Part shown: piece by piece, positions 11,281-25,160 of the stretch
How positions within the stretch are numbered: the stretch's first letter is position 1
Layout of the letters: every line of letters begins with the position of its first letter
From: Lama glama
Taxonomy: Eukaryota
Direction of reading: 5' to 3'
DNA length: 64,000 nucleotides
Assembly (NCBI GenBank): GCA_028534125.1
Contig: CM052817.1
Span: forward strand, 86,988,001-87,052,000
Translations under genes and position numbers: made by a program
The notes under the pieces: model-generated
Told to the model about the DNA's origin: nothing
The model's input: only the letters and a program-made list of their open reading frames with translations
The model's database searches: none

Positions 11281-13999
11281 ACTTTGAGGTTGAGAAATAG
11301 CATCCCAGGCCGACAGAACCTCTAGTGGGAAAGCCTTTTGTGTATCTGAGGAATAAAGATAGGATCCTGTGGCCTCATAGACAGATGAGGTATGGTAGGT
11401 GATGGACTGAGAGAAACAAAGTCTAGATAATAATGTCTGTCTTTTGCTTAGGATCCTCATTACTCAAGTTGAGGAACTACTTTTTATGCATTTCTTTATT
11501 CTAACCACCTTGCAGAGTTCCAAGCTAATAGTAAACTTCTTTTTTGTAATGAGTGAATTTAGGATAACACCTTATATAAATGTATCGAAGAGCTCTGTGA
11601 GTTCCCTTTTTATAAATACTTTTAAGCTGTATTAACAGGAACATATGTTAATAGGTCAAAATCTCATGACTGGTAATCTTTACTTTTAGCATAGATTTCT
11701 CTAAGGTTAACCTATTATGTGAAAATACAGAGACCTGCTTTTTAATTGTCAATTGCCTCAATTTCATAATCCCTCCTTATATATGTTGTTTAGTTTTATT
11801 TTATTTTTTGGCAAAAGAAGTCATATAAAAATATATTGGTATGTTGTTCTCAATTATCTAAATAATTTCATAAATTTTGTTTATTTTTAACTGTGGAGCT
11901 GTGATCATATTTAATATTTCACAGCTGTGTGAAATATTACAAGTAACTTTGTTCAACAGTGTTTGACTAAGAAATTATAAACTCTGATTTTTAAAATTGG
12001 ACACTGAAATTTGAGTAAATAGTCCATTTAACCAAATGTTACATTGAATATATGATGCATTGGCCCTATTTTAGGTGGTGTGCAATTTTTATCATATGAC
12101 CTGAAATGAAATGATTGACCCTATTGTTTTCAAAAGAAATATGTTAAATTGCAACTAGTGTTACACCTCACATCAAATAGTGCATAATTTTTCTTTGTAA
12201 TTGTTTTTTAAAAATTCTTCTTAAATACAAAGCACAAGGTCCAATGAGGAAAACATTAGCAGTAATTTTTCTTATAATAATAAAAGCTCTTTGTGTAAAA
12301 GTTGGTAATATGCTACAGTTGATTCATACTCAGTAACATACTATGTGTTATAATATTCAGAAAGGATTTTGTGCTTTATTTTTAATAAGATCTACAAAAA
12401 CCACTAAACAGTTTCCAATTTCTGTTTCACTTCATTAAGAAAAAAGTATATATGTGTTTTTTGGTTAATTTTTTCCACGTAAATTGTCTTCGGTAAATTT
12501 TTGTGTAATTAATAATAAATGTTTATAAAGCATGGAGTTATTTCAAGGTTCCCATGTACCTTAAACTGAATTATTTTGAAAGTCTAATTTTGGTTTCTTA
12601 TGTTTCCCATCTGGTCTTCTTACATTATTATTCTATGATCTGTTTCCAAAATAATGCTGGGAAATGGAGTGTGGATTTCTTCTTTACTAAAATATATTTT
12701 CATTATTTTTGAAGTAATGAAAACATTTCTATTTTTGTTGAATGAGCTGACAACACCTTTTTCCATTATTTTATTTTTAGCTGGCTAAGTTTAAACTTGA
12801 CTGCGTGCCTTTTAAAATTCAAAGTGAAATAATCAGATCACTTTACTTCCATTTGCCATCAGCTGAAAGATTAGTTACTTCAACTAGAGGACAATATAAT
12901 CAATAATGGCTAAATTTATGCCCAAGATGACCATCCTTGAACATACCCTTTTCCTTCTTGGAAGCATAGTAAAGTCCATCATAAATTTGGCCAGGAAAAA
13001 GACCCTAGATTCCTTTTAAGTATCTATCTGTCTCCTACAGTCCATTTTTATGGAAGGGAGGTAAAGTAATAAATCACAAACCATTAGTCATGAAAGGTCA
13101 ATCATATCTTCCTAAAATATTCTATTCTATCACTTAAGGTTTAGTTTTTACATACAGCCAAGCAGGCTATTTTTGGCCATTTTCATACTAATGAGATCAC
13201 CCAAAAAATTGCATCATAAAACTTGGAATTAACAGGATGATTTAGATTATATTATTTTCCTAGGTTAAGAAAGTAATTCAGTAGACTTATACTTCCTTTT
13301 GTTACTGAACTATAGTTTTAATCTTCATATGCTCTCAGAGTATACAAGTTACAGTACCCTATAAATATTAAATAATTATTCTAATGTTTATAATACTTCC
13401 AATTCAGAAGCAATTGGAGATAAAAAGCAAAATTTTACTATGTTTACAGTACTCATTCTAGAGACATGAAACTGCATCAACAATTGAAATTTAGGGGAAA
13501 TATAAAAGTGACATAGTATTACTCTCTTATAACTGGAAGCAAAACCTGTTTAGTCTCCATAAAAAGCTACAGTCAGGTAGTCTGCAAACAAAATTATGTA
13601 TATTTATTATTCTGACTATAAAATCTCCAAAAATACTTCAGTAAGGCATTATTTTCCTCAATTAAAAGCTGACATTCCCTTAGGTACCATAATGTGTGTC
13701 TTTATAACTTCCCCCTTCCCATTTCCATTTCGAACAAATTCAAATATGTATTTCTCTTCATTCATCACAGACTTGTTCTATTCTTTCAAATTAGAGTACA
13801 GCATTTCCCAGTAAATGCCATTCTGGTCTTAACTTCTTAACTCCCAGTGGTGGGTTCCGGAGAAGGTGCTGCTTCTAAGAGTCCTTCATGTAAGTAGGGG
13901 CTGCTTGAAGAACCGCATTAAATCCTCTTCTCTATAGACTGAAGATCTCTGTTTTCTTTAATCTTCTGCTGTTGTGCCAACTTTTGAAGTATTTTACTA

Positions 14000-15037
14000 C
14001 CATTCAAACCTTCCCCAAAGAGTTTTCTCTTGAATTACATTGTTCAGAGATCTGTGCACTCTCCTAGCAAAATTCTGACCATTGTTCATGATGGCAGGAG
14101 AATTGCTATATTCTTTTCCTTCATCTTGCATCACTATGTCAAAGTATAGTCAAGTGTTATGATTTTTAATTTACAGTTGTGTCCTCTGGCACTATTAATT
14201 CTTCTCTCCTCAAAGTACTCTCCTCTCTTGGCTTTCATGACCCTGCACCCCATTACTTCCATATGCGTATCTCTGTCTGTGACCACTCTTTCTCCTCTGT
14301 CTGTACACTTTCTTTTCTTGTGCTCTGCCTCTGGTGTTTGTCTCTCTTTACTCTTCTTGGCTTTTCATATTCACATTCATAACAAACTATTGTTGATATT
14401 ACTGTGCTTTATGGGTTAAATGTTAGCCTTTCTCCAGATCTGTCCATCCTACCAGACATTCCGAGGTGGACGTCCCCTTCTCTCTCTTCCGTCTTTCTCT
14501 TAGCACCTGTCTCCAAATGCCAAAATCTGAAACTTGGAAGCCTTTCTTTATCCCAAGTGCCACTTTCTTAGTTCAGGGAACTCACTTAAGATTATTCAGA
14601 TAGCTTCCTTATACTTTCCTCTGTTTCTGGTTTCCCACCCTCTTCTCTTCCCCTTGCTGCTGACCTTTCCAGTTTATTTTCAAATATTGCCACAATATTT
14701 TCTACAATGTGCCAATTAGATAGTGTGCTGTTCCCCTTGCTTGGACTACCTTCCTTACTCTCTGTTCCTAGTTTCATGTAAAATAGTACAAACCATTTTC
14801 TAACTTCCAAGAAGTCTCTAGAGCATCCCATCTCATGTTTCCACTAGAATTTGTGTGATTCCTATTTTATTGAATATAAAGTGCTGGTTGTGATTTCTAT
14901 AGTATGGCCAGATTCCAGCACTGGACTGCAAGACAAGTCATAGAATACTTTGAATATCTTGTGGAGTGCGTGGGCAAGGTAAAGACTCAATGATTAGTTG
15001 TCAAAAATGAATGAATGAATAAATGAATGAATGAATG
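14000..15037 (+). mobile_element. L2 LINE 3' portion ending in (AATG)n tail
   Basis: 'tctcctcaaagtactctcctctcttggctttcatgac' plus the terminal 'aatgaatgaatgaataaatgaatgaatgaatg' typical of L2 3' ends. Confidence 0.75.
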
Positions 15038-15505
15038 CAAAAAAGTGTATATATATTCTTCATAGAGCCTATCATGACAAATAGCTCTCATAGGCAAGTA
15101 TAATGGTAGAAACTTACATTTTCTTATTCATTTCAGAGATTTTCATATTGTAGGAAAGTATTAATGCTATCTCAATTATATGAAATATTTCAATTTAAGA
15201 ATCTATTTAAAGAGCTTTCTTTTCAGTATGTAAAATGCTCAGATGTCCTGTTTATGTCATCATTCTTCATATGGAATAAGTTTGACAGATACTTAATAAT
15301 AAATGAACTAATTAGAAGACTACATGAAGAATAAAAAGAAAGAAAAAGGGAAGTAGATTCTTCATTCATGAGATTCTCTCTCATGGAAAGTGCTCAGCTC
15401 ATGCTGACAACACTTTTGCCGTTCAGTAAAATTAGTTCAGTTGCTTACATGGGATTGCATTTGGTTACATACATCACATATGTTTATGTATTTCTTTGCA
15501 TACAG

Positions 15506-16101
15506 CAGTGGTTCTCAAGCATTTGGTCAGTAACTCTTTAAACATTTGAAGATTATTGAGGACACCATTGAGCTCTTGTTTACATAGGTTTTATCTTTGA
15601 TATTTTCTGTATTGAAAATAAAAATAAAACTTTAAATATTTCTATGGTATTTATTTAAAATAAAAATAAAAATCATTATATGTTACCATAAATTATATGC
15701 TTTTATAAATAAAAACTGTATTCCCAAAAAGAATTGACAAGAGTGGCCCTATTTCACAACATTGTAAATCTCTTTAATGTCTAGATATTACAAGGCACAT
15801 GGATTCTTATAATTGCTTCCACATTCAGTCTCTTGCTATACCGTTCTATGATTAAACAATGTGAAGTAAACAGCTGTATAAGATACACAGGTATGTAGTT
15901 GGAAAAGGAGAGGTATTTTAAGTCTTTTCAGATAATGTGGATGTTTTTCTTTGATACCGCACTACCAACTAAAAGTTAGTGGCAATGCAGAAGCTACGTC
16001 AAAAATATTTTTGAACTCTGTGTTATTATGAATAGAGTTTTGACATCGTGGACCACATGAAGGTGTCTCAGGGACTCTGAACCGTACTTTGAGAATCACA
16101 G
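15506..16101. mobile_element. hAT-Charlie DNA transposon deletion derivative (Charlie1-like) with both termini
   Basis: Termini cagtggttctcaa ... ttgagaatcacag. 8-bp TSD gcatacag (15498-15505) / gcatatag (16102-16109). Confidence 0.85.
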
Positions 16102-18119
16102 GCATATAGAATCATGTAATTTGAGAGGCCTTACTATGTACAAGGCATGGTATTAGGTGCTCTGGAAGATAACAAAAAAGAAGGCCAGCCAGTTACAACT
16201 AGGAAAATGTTGCTCAGTTCAGGTGCTGAAACAATGGAGGCTGTAGAGAGCTGAGTTTGACAGGGTGTAGAATTCACATCTTTCCTAAATCATGGTTGGC
16301 CCTTCAAATTGCACATGATACCCCAGACATAGCACTTTAGGTGCAAGATAACATGGTTTATAAAGGGCAAATTGTTGGAATTATAATGTGAAGGAAAATA
16401 TTTTATTTCTTTATGTATTTCTTGAAAGTAGTATTAAATTAAGGAAAATAACAATTTGAAAGTCACTAATGGAAATAATAATTTTGAAATATTGTCATTT
16501 CCTGAATTTGTATTTTTTAGGTACTTTACTTGATGGTTATGATTGCATGATATCATTTTGTACCAATGAAATAAAATTATAAGTACCTGCTATATACTGA
16601 AAAGTATATTAGTTTCATATACCTTGGAGAAGGCTACATGAATTGTTGTGTATGTAAGTTTCAAATACCTTGGATAAAAAAGATGTAGTGAACTGCGTTG
16701 TTTTTTTTTTATGTATTTGTATGACTTTTGAAATATTGTCATTTTTTAACATCTTTGTTTTGTCTGCTTAGCATGTTATTCTACACCTTTTCTTCTAAAA
16801 ATCACCACATCTCCTTTAGAGAACTTCTCCCCCACTACCTGTGGCCCCGGTGGGATTATCACTCATTGCACCTAGACATGAGGTGTAGGTGTTCAGTCCA
16901 AAAACCTTTTTACAATGAATTAACTTGTGATGGTATTCTATTCTTAGCAACCTAATGAATATTGATTAAAATAGAAGGTGCTTAATAACTTTCCTTCAAA
17001 TAGATATTGAATAAATTAAATAAATCCATTTAAAAATCATCTCTGGAAATTTCTTACTTCCTCCACTGTACTGAAGTTGAGTATCCAAGAAATATTATAT
17101 GGAGGAGATAATGGAAGATGATTCCATGTTCCAATTCAACCTCTGCAATATTGTAGAAAAAACTGTCTAATGTCTTTCATAAGTGGTCATCACCTGTGCA
17201 TTTTCTTTTGAAAAGCTAATCTAAACTGTCATTTTATTCAATATTTGATTTATAGCACTCCTCAAATATATTTTATGTAAAATTAAAAAATTTCAGAATA
17301 ATTAATGGCAGTTGTGAGGAACAAATTTCTATCTGAGAGTTTATAGATTACTTCTGAGTACCTAAAAATATTCAATACTTTGTTAAGGTTTGGCCACAAA
17401 GCTGACAATTAGTTCATTTCTTTAAAAAAAAATTGATTGTGCTGATAATGAGCACTTGTCTGAAGTCTGGCAACTTTAGGTTAGTACTGAAAATGAAGTT
17501 TTCTGTGTCCTTCTTGTGAGTCCTGAAAGAGATTAGCAGTTCTTCTAAGAAAAATTTCTACACAATGAGCCATAAATGGGGGTCATTTAGCACCTGACTG
17601 CCACAGTGAGCTGGATTACATGTGGTAGTAATTTGCATAAGTAAATATGCCTCCTGAAGTATCTATATTTTTACTAGGCAGTGATCTAAATTTCCGAATA
17701 AACAGAATACCTTATGAAGCTAATATACATGCAGATCTTAGGTTTTCTGATGTAAAATGGTGTCAAGATAATTTCATTTTGAAAACCTTCTATTTGCTTA
17801 GAAAATATTCAGTGGGAAAATAAATTTTCAGTTCGTTTCACTAATACTACAAGAAACAATGCACTTCCTTTATTGTATAACATTTCATGTAATCAACATT
17901 TGTATGTATTATACAACAGGGGGAAAAGTTATCTGCTAACATTTTGATTATTACTGCTATCAATCCAATTTATAGTGATTGGCACAAACTGTTCATAATT
18001 GCCATATACCAACAAAATGCTTTATGCTTTATTTTATCTCACACGAAGTTTGAGATTTTGAAGGGCTTTCATTTACAAACTGACTTTAATTTTCTTCAAG
18101 TCTGAACCTCCTTTTCAGA

Positions 18120-19005
18120 TGGTACTGACTTTTTCTTACTTATTTATAAGAAATGTTCGCTATTTCTATAGTTTTGTCATTTCAAGAATTTTACACAAAC
18201 ACATGCATGTAGTATGTAGCCTTTAGGAATTGGCTTTTTTCACCCAGAATCATTCCTTGGAGATGTACTCATATTGTTGCACGTACCAATAGTTCATTTC
18301 TCAACTATTTCTGAGTGGCACTTTGTGGTATGGAAGTCGCATGGTTTGCTTAGCCATTCACCCACTGAAGAGCATCTGGGTTGTTTCCACTTTTTGGCAA
18401 CATGAATACAGTTGCTTTAAACATTCATGTACAGGTTTTTGTGTGAATACAATTTTTTTTTCTGGGTTAAAATGCCCAAGAGTATAATTCTTGGGCTGTA
18501 TGATAATTGCAGTTTTAGTTTTTTAAGAAACTGCTGAACTCTTTTCCAGAACGTCTATATTATTTTTTATTCTAAGCAATAAAGTATGGGTGACACTGTT
18601 TCATTGTATCTATGCTGGCATTTGTTATTATCATATTTTAAAATTTTAGCTATTCTGATAGATGTGTAGTGATACATCCTTGTAGTTCAAATTTCCGTTT
18701 TCTTAATGCCTAATGATGCTGAATATTTTTCATGCACTTATTGGGCATCCATATATCTTCTTCAGTGAAATTTCTTATGTCTTCTGCCCATTTTAACTGA
18801 TTTTTTGGTTTTTACTATTGAGTTTTGAGAATCCTTTGTATTAGTCTAGATACAAGTCTTTTGTCAGGTATGTGGTTTGTAAATATTTTCTTCCAATCTT
18901 TAACTTACTTTTTTTTCTAGTTTCTTTAAGGTCAAATTTAGTGATTTTTGCTTTTATGGCTAGCGTTTTTTTGTGTTAAGTTTAAGAACTCTTTGTTTAT
19001 AGCCG
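18120..19005 (-). mobile_element. Old L1M LINE-1 3' fragment
   Basis: 'ttggcttttttcacccagaatc', 'ttttaagaaactgctgaactcttttccaga', 'aatgatgctgaatatttttcatg', 'gatacaagtcttttgtcag'. Confidence 0.9.
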
Positions 19006-19899
19006 TAAATCCTGAAGAGATATATATGTATATAATACACTACATTAATGTATATGCATATATGTATATATACACATATATATGGATATATAAATGGTTA
19101 TTAGCTTGTTCTTGGCCAAAAGAACCAAAGAATATCTGGATTGCTTTATTTTCACAAGAAATTATGAATTTCTCATGTATGTGTATCTGGAGTTGGCAAA
19201 AAAGATCCAGCTGAAAGGTTAGCACTGGCCCTGGAGTTAGAGCAGGAAAGCAGTGCAACAGATAGAGACGAGTTTGTGCTCGGCCTCGGGGCCATGATGC
19301 TGCTGCACACCTACCCACGTAAGTCAATTAATCGTACTTTCCTACAGGAAAACGAAGGGAAGCAGATCCTTCCATTCACAAAGAAGTGTGGGATACTTAG
19401 ATTTGCTTAAATATAATCCCTGCCCCTTCCTGGGTAGTACAAGTACTTTATCATAGTAGAAGAGACAGGTGTACAAAATATAAGAAGTATTCTAGAAAGA
19501 TAAATAATGATAGAGCTGGCGAGGTGATAGTGTAAATATACTGAATCCAAGGTGAGGTGTATTGCAGGGAAGAACCTCAAGCACGCCTGAAGCTTGTTTC
19601 TTCTCCTCAGGTTAAACTGCCTTCATTTCCAAGTGAATGAAGGTAGACACGCACAGAATGCGCTGGAGTTTTTAAGAGTTTAGGAAGGTTATCTAAATAC
19701 AATATACTGATCTGTCCTCTGTTCTGTCTGTATAGCTTCTCTTGAACAGAAATTTGTTTAAAAGGCTCTATATTAAGATAACTTCTAACTTTTCATTGTT
19801 TCTGTTGATTTTCTACAATCAAGTGGTATCATTCCTATCAAGAAAGTTATACAAAATGGCATTGTAAATAGTGACTGGCTTTGCAAAGGGGGATAGTAC

Positions 19900-20230
19900 T
19901 TTAGATTGGAGTGTAAATGATAAGTTTCTCACAGGGAGTGTCATTGGAGCTAAACTCAATACTCATTCAGTACGCAAAAATCAAGTGGAAAATTCCAGGG
20001 AGATTAAAGTATAAGGAGAAAGAAACTGGGGTTGGCAGAAAAGAAAGGTCAGCGTGGATGAAGTGGAATGTAGGAAAGGGGGCAGGTAGGAGAAGAGGGA
20101 AGGTAGAGACCAGATCATGGAACAAACTTTAAACCATAATAAGAAATTTGCATTTAATTTGCAAGGCTTTGGGTTGTATGTAGCAGCGTGGAATCATCCA
20201 GGTGGCTGTGTAGAAAGCACCACAGGGGTG
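19900..20230 (-). mobile_element. L2 fragment
   Basis: Purine-rich reverse L2 motifs ('agaccagatcatggaacaaactttaaaccataataagaaatttg'). Confidence 0.6.
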
Positions 20231-20239
20231 TGTGGTAGG

Positions 20240-20520
20240 AATTGAAATTGGCTCTCTCTAGACCAAGTTACATCTTCTGCCTATTTGCTAGGGTTGGAAA
20301 GCTAAATTTTTTTTTTTTATAGACTCCTCTTTAAGTGAGGTTCTGGATACGAAGAAGATTCTGTCCATCAGACACTACATGGAAGGAGGAAGCGAACTGG
20401 ATACTAACTCCTGGGGCTCCTGGATTTGGCAGATCCAACAAAGTTGTGGAAATTTTGATGAAGCTCTAACCCGAGGCCTCCTGAGCTTCAAGAGAAATAG
20501 CAGAAGAGAAAACCTCTTGA
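20240..20520. mobile_element. ERVL-type LTR fragment (LTR33-like)
   Basis: 'gggttggaaagctaaa...agactcctctttaagtgaggttctggata...ccatcaga' resembles recalled LTR33. Confidence 0.5.
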
Positions 20521-20874
20521 TCTGATACTGAATCCCTCAATTTGGGGGAGGAGAGTGGAATCAGGGACATCAGTGTTAGGAATCCGTTACAGAAATCTAG
20601 AATTTTGAGGATGGCTGAATTACAACATTAGTTGTGGAAATGTTGACAGGTGATCATATATGGGAAGCATTTAGAAGGCAGAGGTGTACGGTGGCCAGGG
20701 TGGGGGGAATGCTCTGTTTAAGGGCTTCCAATTGGTCATTTTCACTATAATAGCTCCGACCCTACAGGTCAGGGAACCAAGAGAGTATCTGGTCAACAGC
20801 TAAGTATATGCGTTCTCATTATGTATTAAGGCACTAAGAAATGATCAGTGCCTGTAGGTAATCATCAAGAACTG

Positions 20875-21040
20875 TGAAGAGCCTGATTTTGCCTGATTAT
20901 CAAGCTAATAAGGTAGCCTGCCACAATTTCATGGTTGCTGCCAGATCTGAGACAAAAGACAGTCAATTACTGACAGCAATAGCTGTTTGCATTGGCTCCT
21001 CAAGCCCTGCTTGCCACAGGGTAATGTGATGATGCCTCAG
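20875..21040. mobile_element. Old ERV LTR fragment (family uncertain)
   Basis: 'caagctaataaggtagcctgccacaatttcatggttgctg...gagacaaaagac' resembles old eutherian ERVL LTRs. Confidence 0.45.
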
Positions 21041-24000
21041 TTTCCCTCATTGAATTGGAAGACTGAGTGATTATACTATTTTAAAAGCATAGATCTGATA
21101 GGTAAAATTTCACTTAAAACAATCCTGTTAGAATGCTAACATAGCTATAATTGTAAATGATATTCATATGGTCATGTATCTAAGCTGTGTGTTGGAATGA
21201 ATGAACTTTTCTGTTTTGAATGCCCATATAGGTTAAGTGGATTTAAATAACTTTCGTTTGTTTTTCTCTTATTCCTACAACTCTGATCACAACTCTGAAC
21301 ACTCTTTTCAAGTGAACACGAACTTTTACACAGCCAATTTTGTGAATGATGACTCTTTCAGCTTATTTTCAGGAAAAGTAAGAGTTGTAGATAATGCATA
21401 GCTGTGAAAATCAAGTATTATTTCTTACTGACTTTCAGACTGTTTCACATAATGTTCTAATTGAGCTTTTCAAATTAAAAATAACTTTGTAAGAAATGCA
21501 ATTTGCTCTGTAGCCTAATACCTATAAATGCATATACAGGGACACAGAAATAAACAAAACCAAAAAACAAGTTTCATAAAGCACTTCTCGGCTCTACTAC
21601 ATGTGATTTATACATCTGGTATTTATTGGTGCATTTTCTGTTTTATAACCTTGCATGCTGAGTAAAAACTAAATAATGTATGTCAAATCCACAGTTTGAA
21701 AAACATAAATTTAATAAATGCCAAAAAGGAGAACACTTTTAAGCAAGATGGGTTTATAAATTGCATTTGTGCTTTTATAATCAACTATAACTGTCCAGCC
21801 AAAGGGTGGACAAATTGCTATTTCTTTGGAAGAAAGACCTTTCCTCATAAAGCATATCATTGCCCTTCTGAGTAGAATGGCATTTGGGCCTTAATTAATG
21901 GTCACGGGTAACTCTAACACATATCAGTGGGCTTTAGTGAGATTCATTTTTAAACAATAAACAACAAGGATTTGACAAAAATATTTCTTTTTCCATCAGA
22001 ACAATGACAATAACAAAAAATATCCTTTGGATCAACTTGTAGAACATAAAGGCAAATTCCATGTCATTATTTTAAAATCCTATCCCTGTCTGCAAATAGG
22101 AACCCTTTAACCTACTGCAGCCACCTTATTTGGCCCATTCAACTTTTAATGCCTTTCGATAACAATAAAATATCCAGTTGTACCTCCAAAGACAAAATTT
22201 TGTATTAAGTTATATTTATATTAAGAGTGGTTCCCAAATGAGTTAGAAAAAAATAGTTTTGAAAATGTTTAAATCAATTTAATTATTATTAACATAAGTA
22301 TATTATCTTTCAAAGCATCTATGAGCCATTATATTGTCTTAAATAGCACATGCTGATGTACCCGACACTCACTATACACAAACACACATCATGAGAAACG
22401 TTTCTTCTGGTGACTTTCTCTTAGCCTTCTTTCCCTAGCAAGTAGATCTGTGGCTGGCATATACTATGTACTCAATAAATAGTTTTAATTAACTGAATAG
22501 CAGTATAATAGTCTTATATAATCATATTTTCATAAATTATGATATACATTAAATATTATATTGACTGAGAGGAAATAGCCTTGCAAGAAAGTAAAAACTT
22601 CAAGAAAGAAACAGTGCTATTTTAATGAGTTATTGATGAATTGCTCCAGGAAGGCAGAAAAGCATTTATATACTGGAGCTAGTTTAAAGACAGGTGACCT
22701 TTTAAGAGATTAGTTAACCTTTCAGAAATTTTGGAGAGTTACTGTTTTGAAAGATAAAGGTCAGGGTAGAACTCAGAATGCAGTCATTGTCTCCTCTGTT
22801 TGTTGCTATGCCTCTTAATTTCCAATAAATTAATTCAAACGGAGAGACTGTTCAGAAGTAGATTTGTTTTTAAGATGAACGAACAGTATTGGTTTCAAGT
22901 ATTTTGCAGGTACTAGATAGGAATAATCAAAACATGAAAACTCAAAGTCCTAACTTATCTGTGAATTTCACCTCTCATTTTGTGCTACAGGTTGCAAAGA
23001 CTAAACGCTTTTGATTAAAGAAAAAAGCATGATGCCTCTGGTTATAGTTTCTCTTTAAGAAAAATTCATTTCATCTTTGGTTTCACCCCCCAAAATCTTT
23101 TTTTTTTTCTCTCAGACTTAGTCATTCTAATTCTTTTCCTATAAGACCCTGCAGTCATAAACCCAGTGTTTACATATTTCCTTAGATGTGTTAACACCAA
23201 AAGGAAAATTGGGCTGAGTGTTTAGAAAACAGTAGTATGAAATAGCATTTCTGTGCCAAGCTTTCAAATACTTGAAATGCTTTAGGAAATAACCGAAACA
23301 TATTTTAACATTTATAGATTTTGGTCAGGTTGTGATAAGCAAAGGATCATTAACCTGACCTACACGCTGTCTTTCTTCTTTGTAGTTCCCTATATTCATA
23401 TTTTAAAATGCGTACAATAGGCAGCTTGACCTAATCATATCAAAAGAAAGCACCCTCTAGTTTGGAAATAAAGAAAATGTGTTTTTCTGCTAGATTTGAT
23501 GATATTTACAAAGAGGTCAAGCCAATTTTATATTACCTGAACATATAACTTAGTTTCTGATGTTTTATTCATATTCGGCTGTGAAACAAATATAGATAAC
23601 ACAGTGCCCAGACTTAAGAAAGCACACAAAAATCAAAGGGCAAACATCATATTGTAACAACTATAGTCCTATTTGAATGAGCCAGCACTATTTTGGAGAT
23701 AGCAATAAATGTACTGATAGAATTTTCACCTACTCACAAATCTGTCCATATTTTCACAATAAACTTTAGTTTATATGATTATTATTCACTAGTTCTCACC
23801 ATTTCAGCTTCAGTGTAGTCCTAAAAATTAAAGAAATCTTGATTAATGTTTGAATTGTTTGGACAGTCATTAAACAAGCACAGAGAGGAAAGGAGAAGGA
23901 AATTGAAAGTTAGGTGAATAATATTTTTAATAAGAGTTTTTCCAGTGTAATTCAGTATTGACTTTATTATTGCCCTATATGAAAGTGTCTTTGAATGGTG

Positions 24001-24844
24001 GAATAGTATTAAAAACATGGGCAACATCCTTATTGGTACACAATAATTCTGTAAGAAAGCCATATTGATGACAACTGCCAAGTAATGTCTCTCATGATAA
24101 AAAGTCAGGGTAACCAGACTTTTTTTGGTAACCAGATTCTTTCATCTAACAATGTAATATTTCCAAGTGTGTGCACTTTGTGCTTCCGGGCTGAGATGAC
24201 GGCTATAGTGTCTGAAATTAATCACATTCTAGGCAGCTGAATAAAGGGATGGACAAAGACAAACTGGCAAGTTGGTCCACCATATGTCTTTAACCCTCAG
24301 TATATTAATAATGTGCAATGTATCTAATTTTAGTTTTTGTTTCTATTTTTGAACATTTTAAACTATTTGCCATGAACAATATTCTAGGAGTCTTCTGAAG
24401 ACCAGAGAGTTTTTTTTTAGTATTAGAATAAAATTCATTGTATCTTACAATTACTTGTATGAATTCATTGGATTCTCTTATAAATCTCAGATACATTATG
24501 GGTTCTTAACTTATTTTTTGGATGTCTTGAAACTTTTTGCTGCCATCATCTTAGGAATTACTTCATCACTCAGCAGTTATTCTAAACTATGCTAAAAAAC
24601 TCATATGAACAGATGCTATAATAATATCACCAGGTTATTATTCAGTTGTTCTTGGTATTATATTATTACTTCAAGAAGGTACAAAGGAAACTAACCAATG
24701 GTCTGCTTTTAGCTTTCATTGAACACAACTGGAAATTCAGAGTTTCTCATTTTCCACCTATAAGGGCACAGAGAATAAAATTGGTGACGTTAGATGTTTG
24801 GCAATCATTAGAAGATAAACACAAGGGGACATAAAATTGTCTAG

Positions 24845-25160
24845 AGCTACACTGAGCAATATGGTAGCTATTAAGAGCCATATGTAGCTAGTGAGCCCCT
24901 GAAATGTACTCAAATCAAGATGTGCTGTAAGCATAAACTACACATCATGTTTTGAAAACTTGTATGAAACAAGAGAAAGCAAAGTATCTCATTATAATTT
25001 ATATTTATTTCATGTTGTAATGATAATATTTTAAAAGTATTAAATTAAATTAAATGTATTGTTAAAATAGTTTCAAACTTTTTTTAACATTTCCAATGTG
25101 ACTACAAGAAATTTTAAAATTACACTTTTGACTCATATGATTCTATCGACAGCAGCCTCC
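24845..25160. mobile_element. hAT-Charlie MITE (MER33-like)
   Basis: 'caatatggtagcta...gccatatgtagctagtgagc...gatgtgctgtaagcataaactacac...gtgactacaagaaattttaaaattaca'. Confidence 0.8.

Noticed and set aside
19180..19325. GC-richer open frame (...DPAERLALALELEQESSATDRDEFVLGLGAMMLLHTYP) ending at GTAAGT
   Set aside because: No polypyrimidine acceptor, an upstream in-frame TGA, and no recognisable homology.
23323..23360. Hairpin ggtcaggtt...aacctgacc
   Set aside because: Only a 9-bp perfect stem in about 38 nt; too short for a pre-miRNA and expected by chance in 64 kb.
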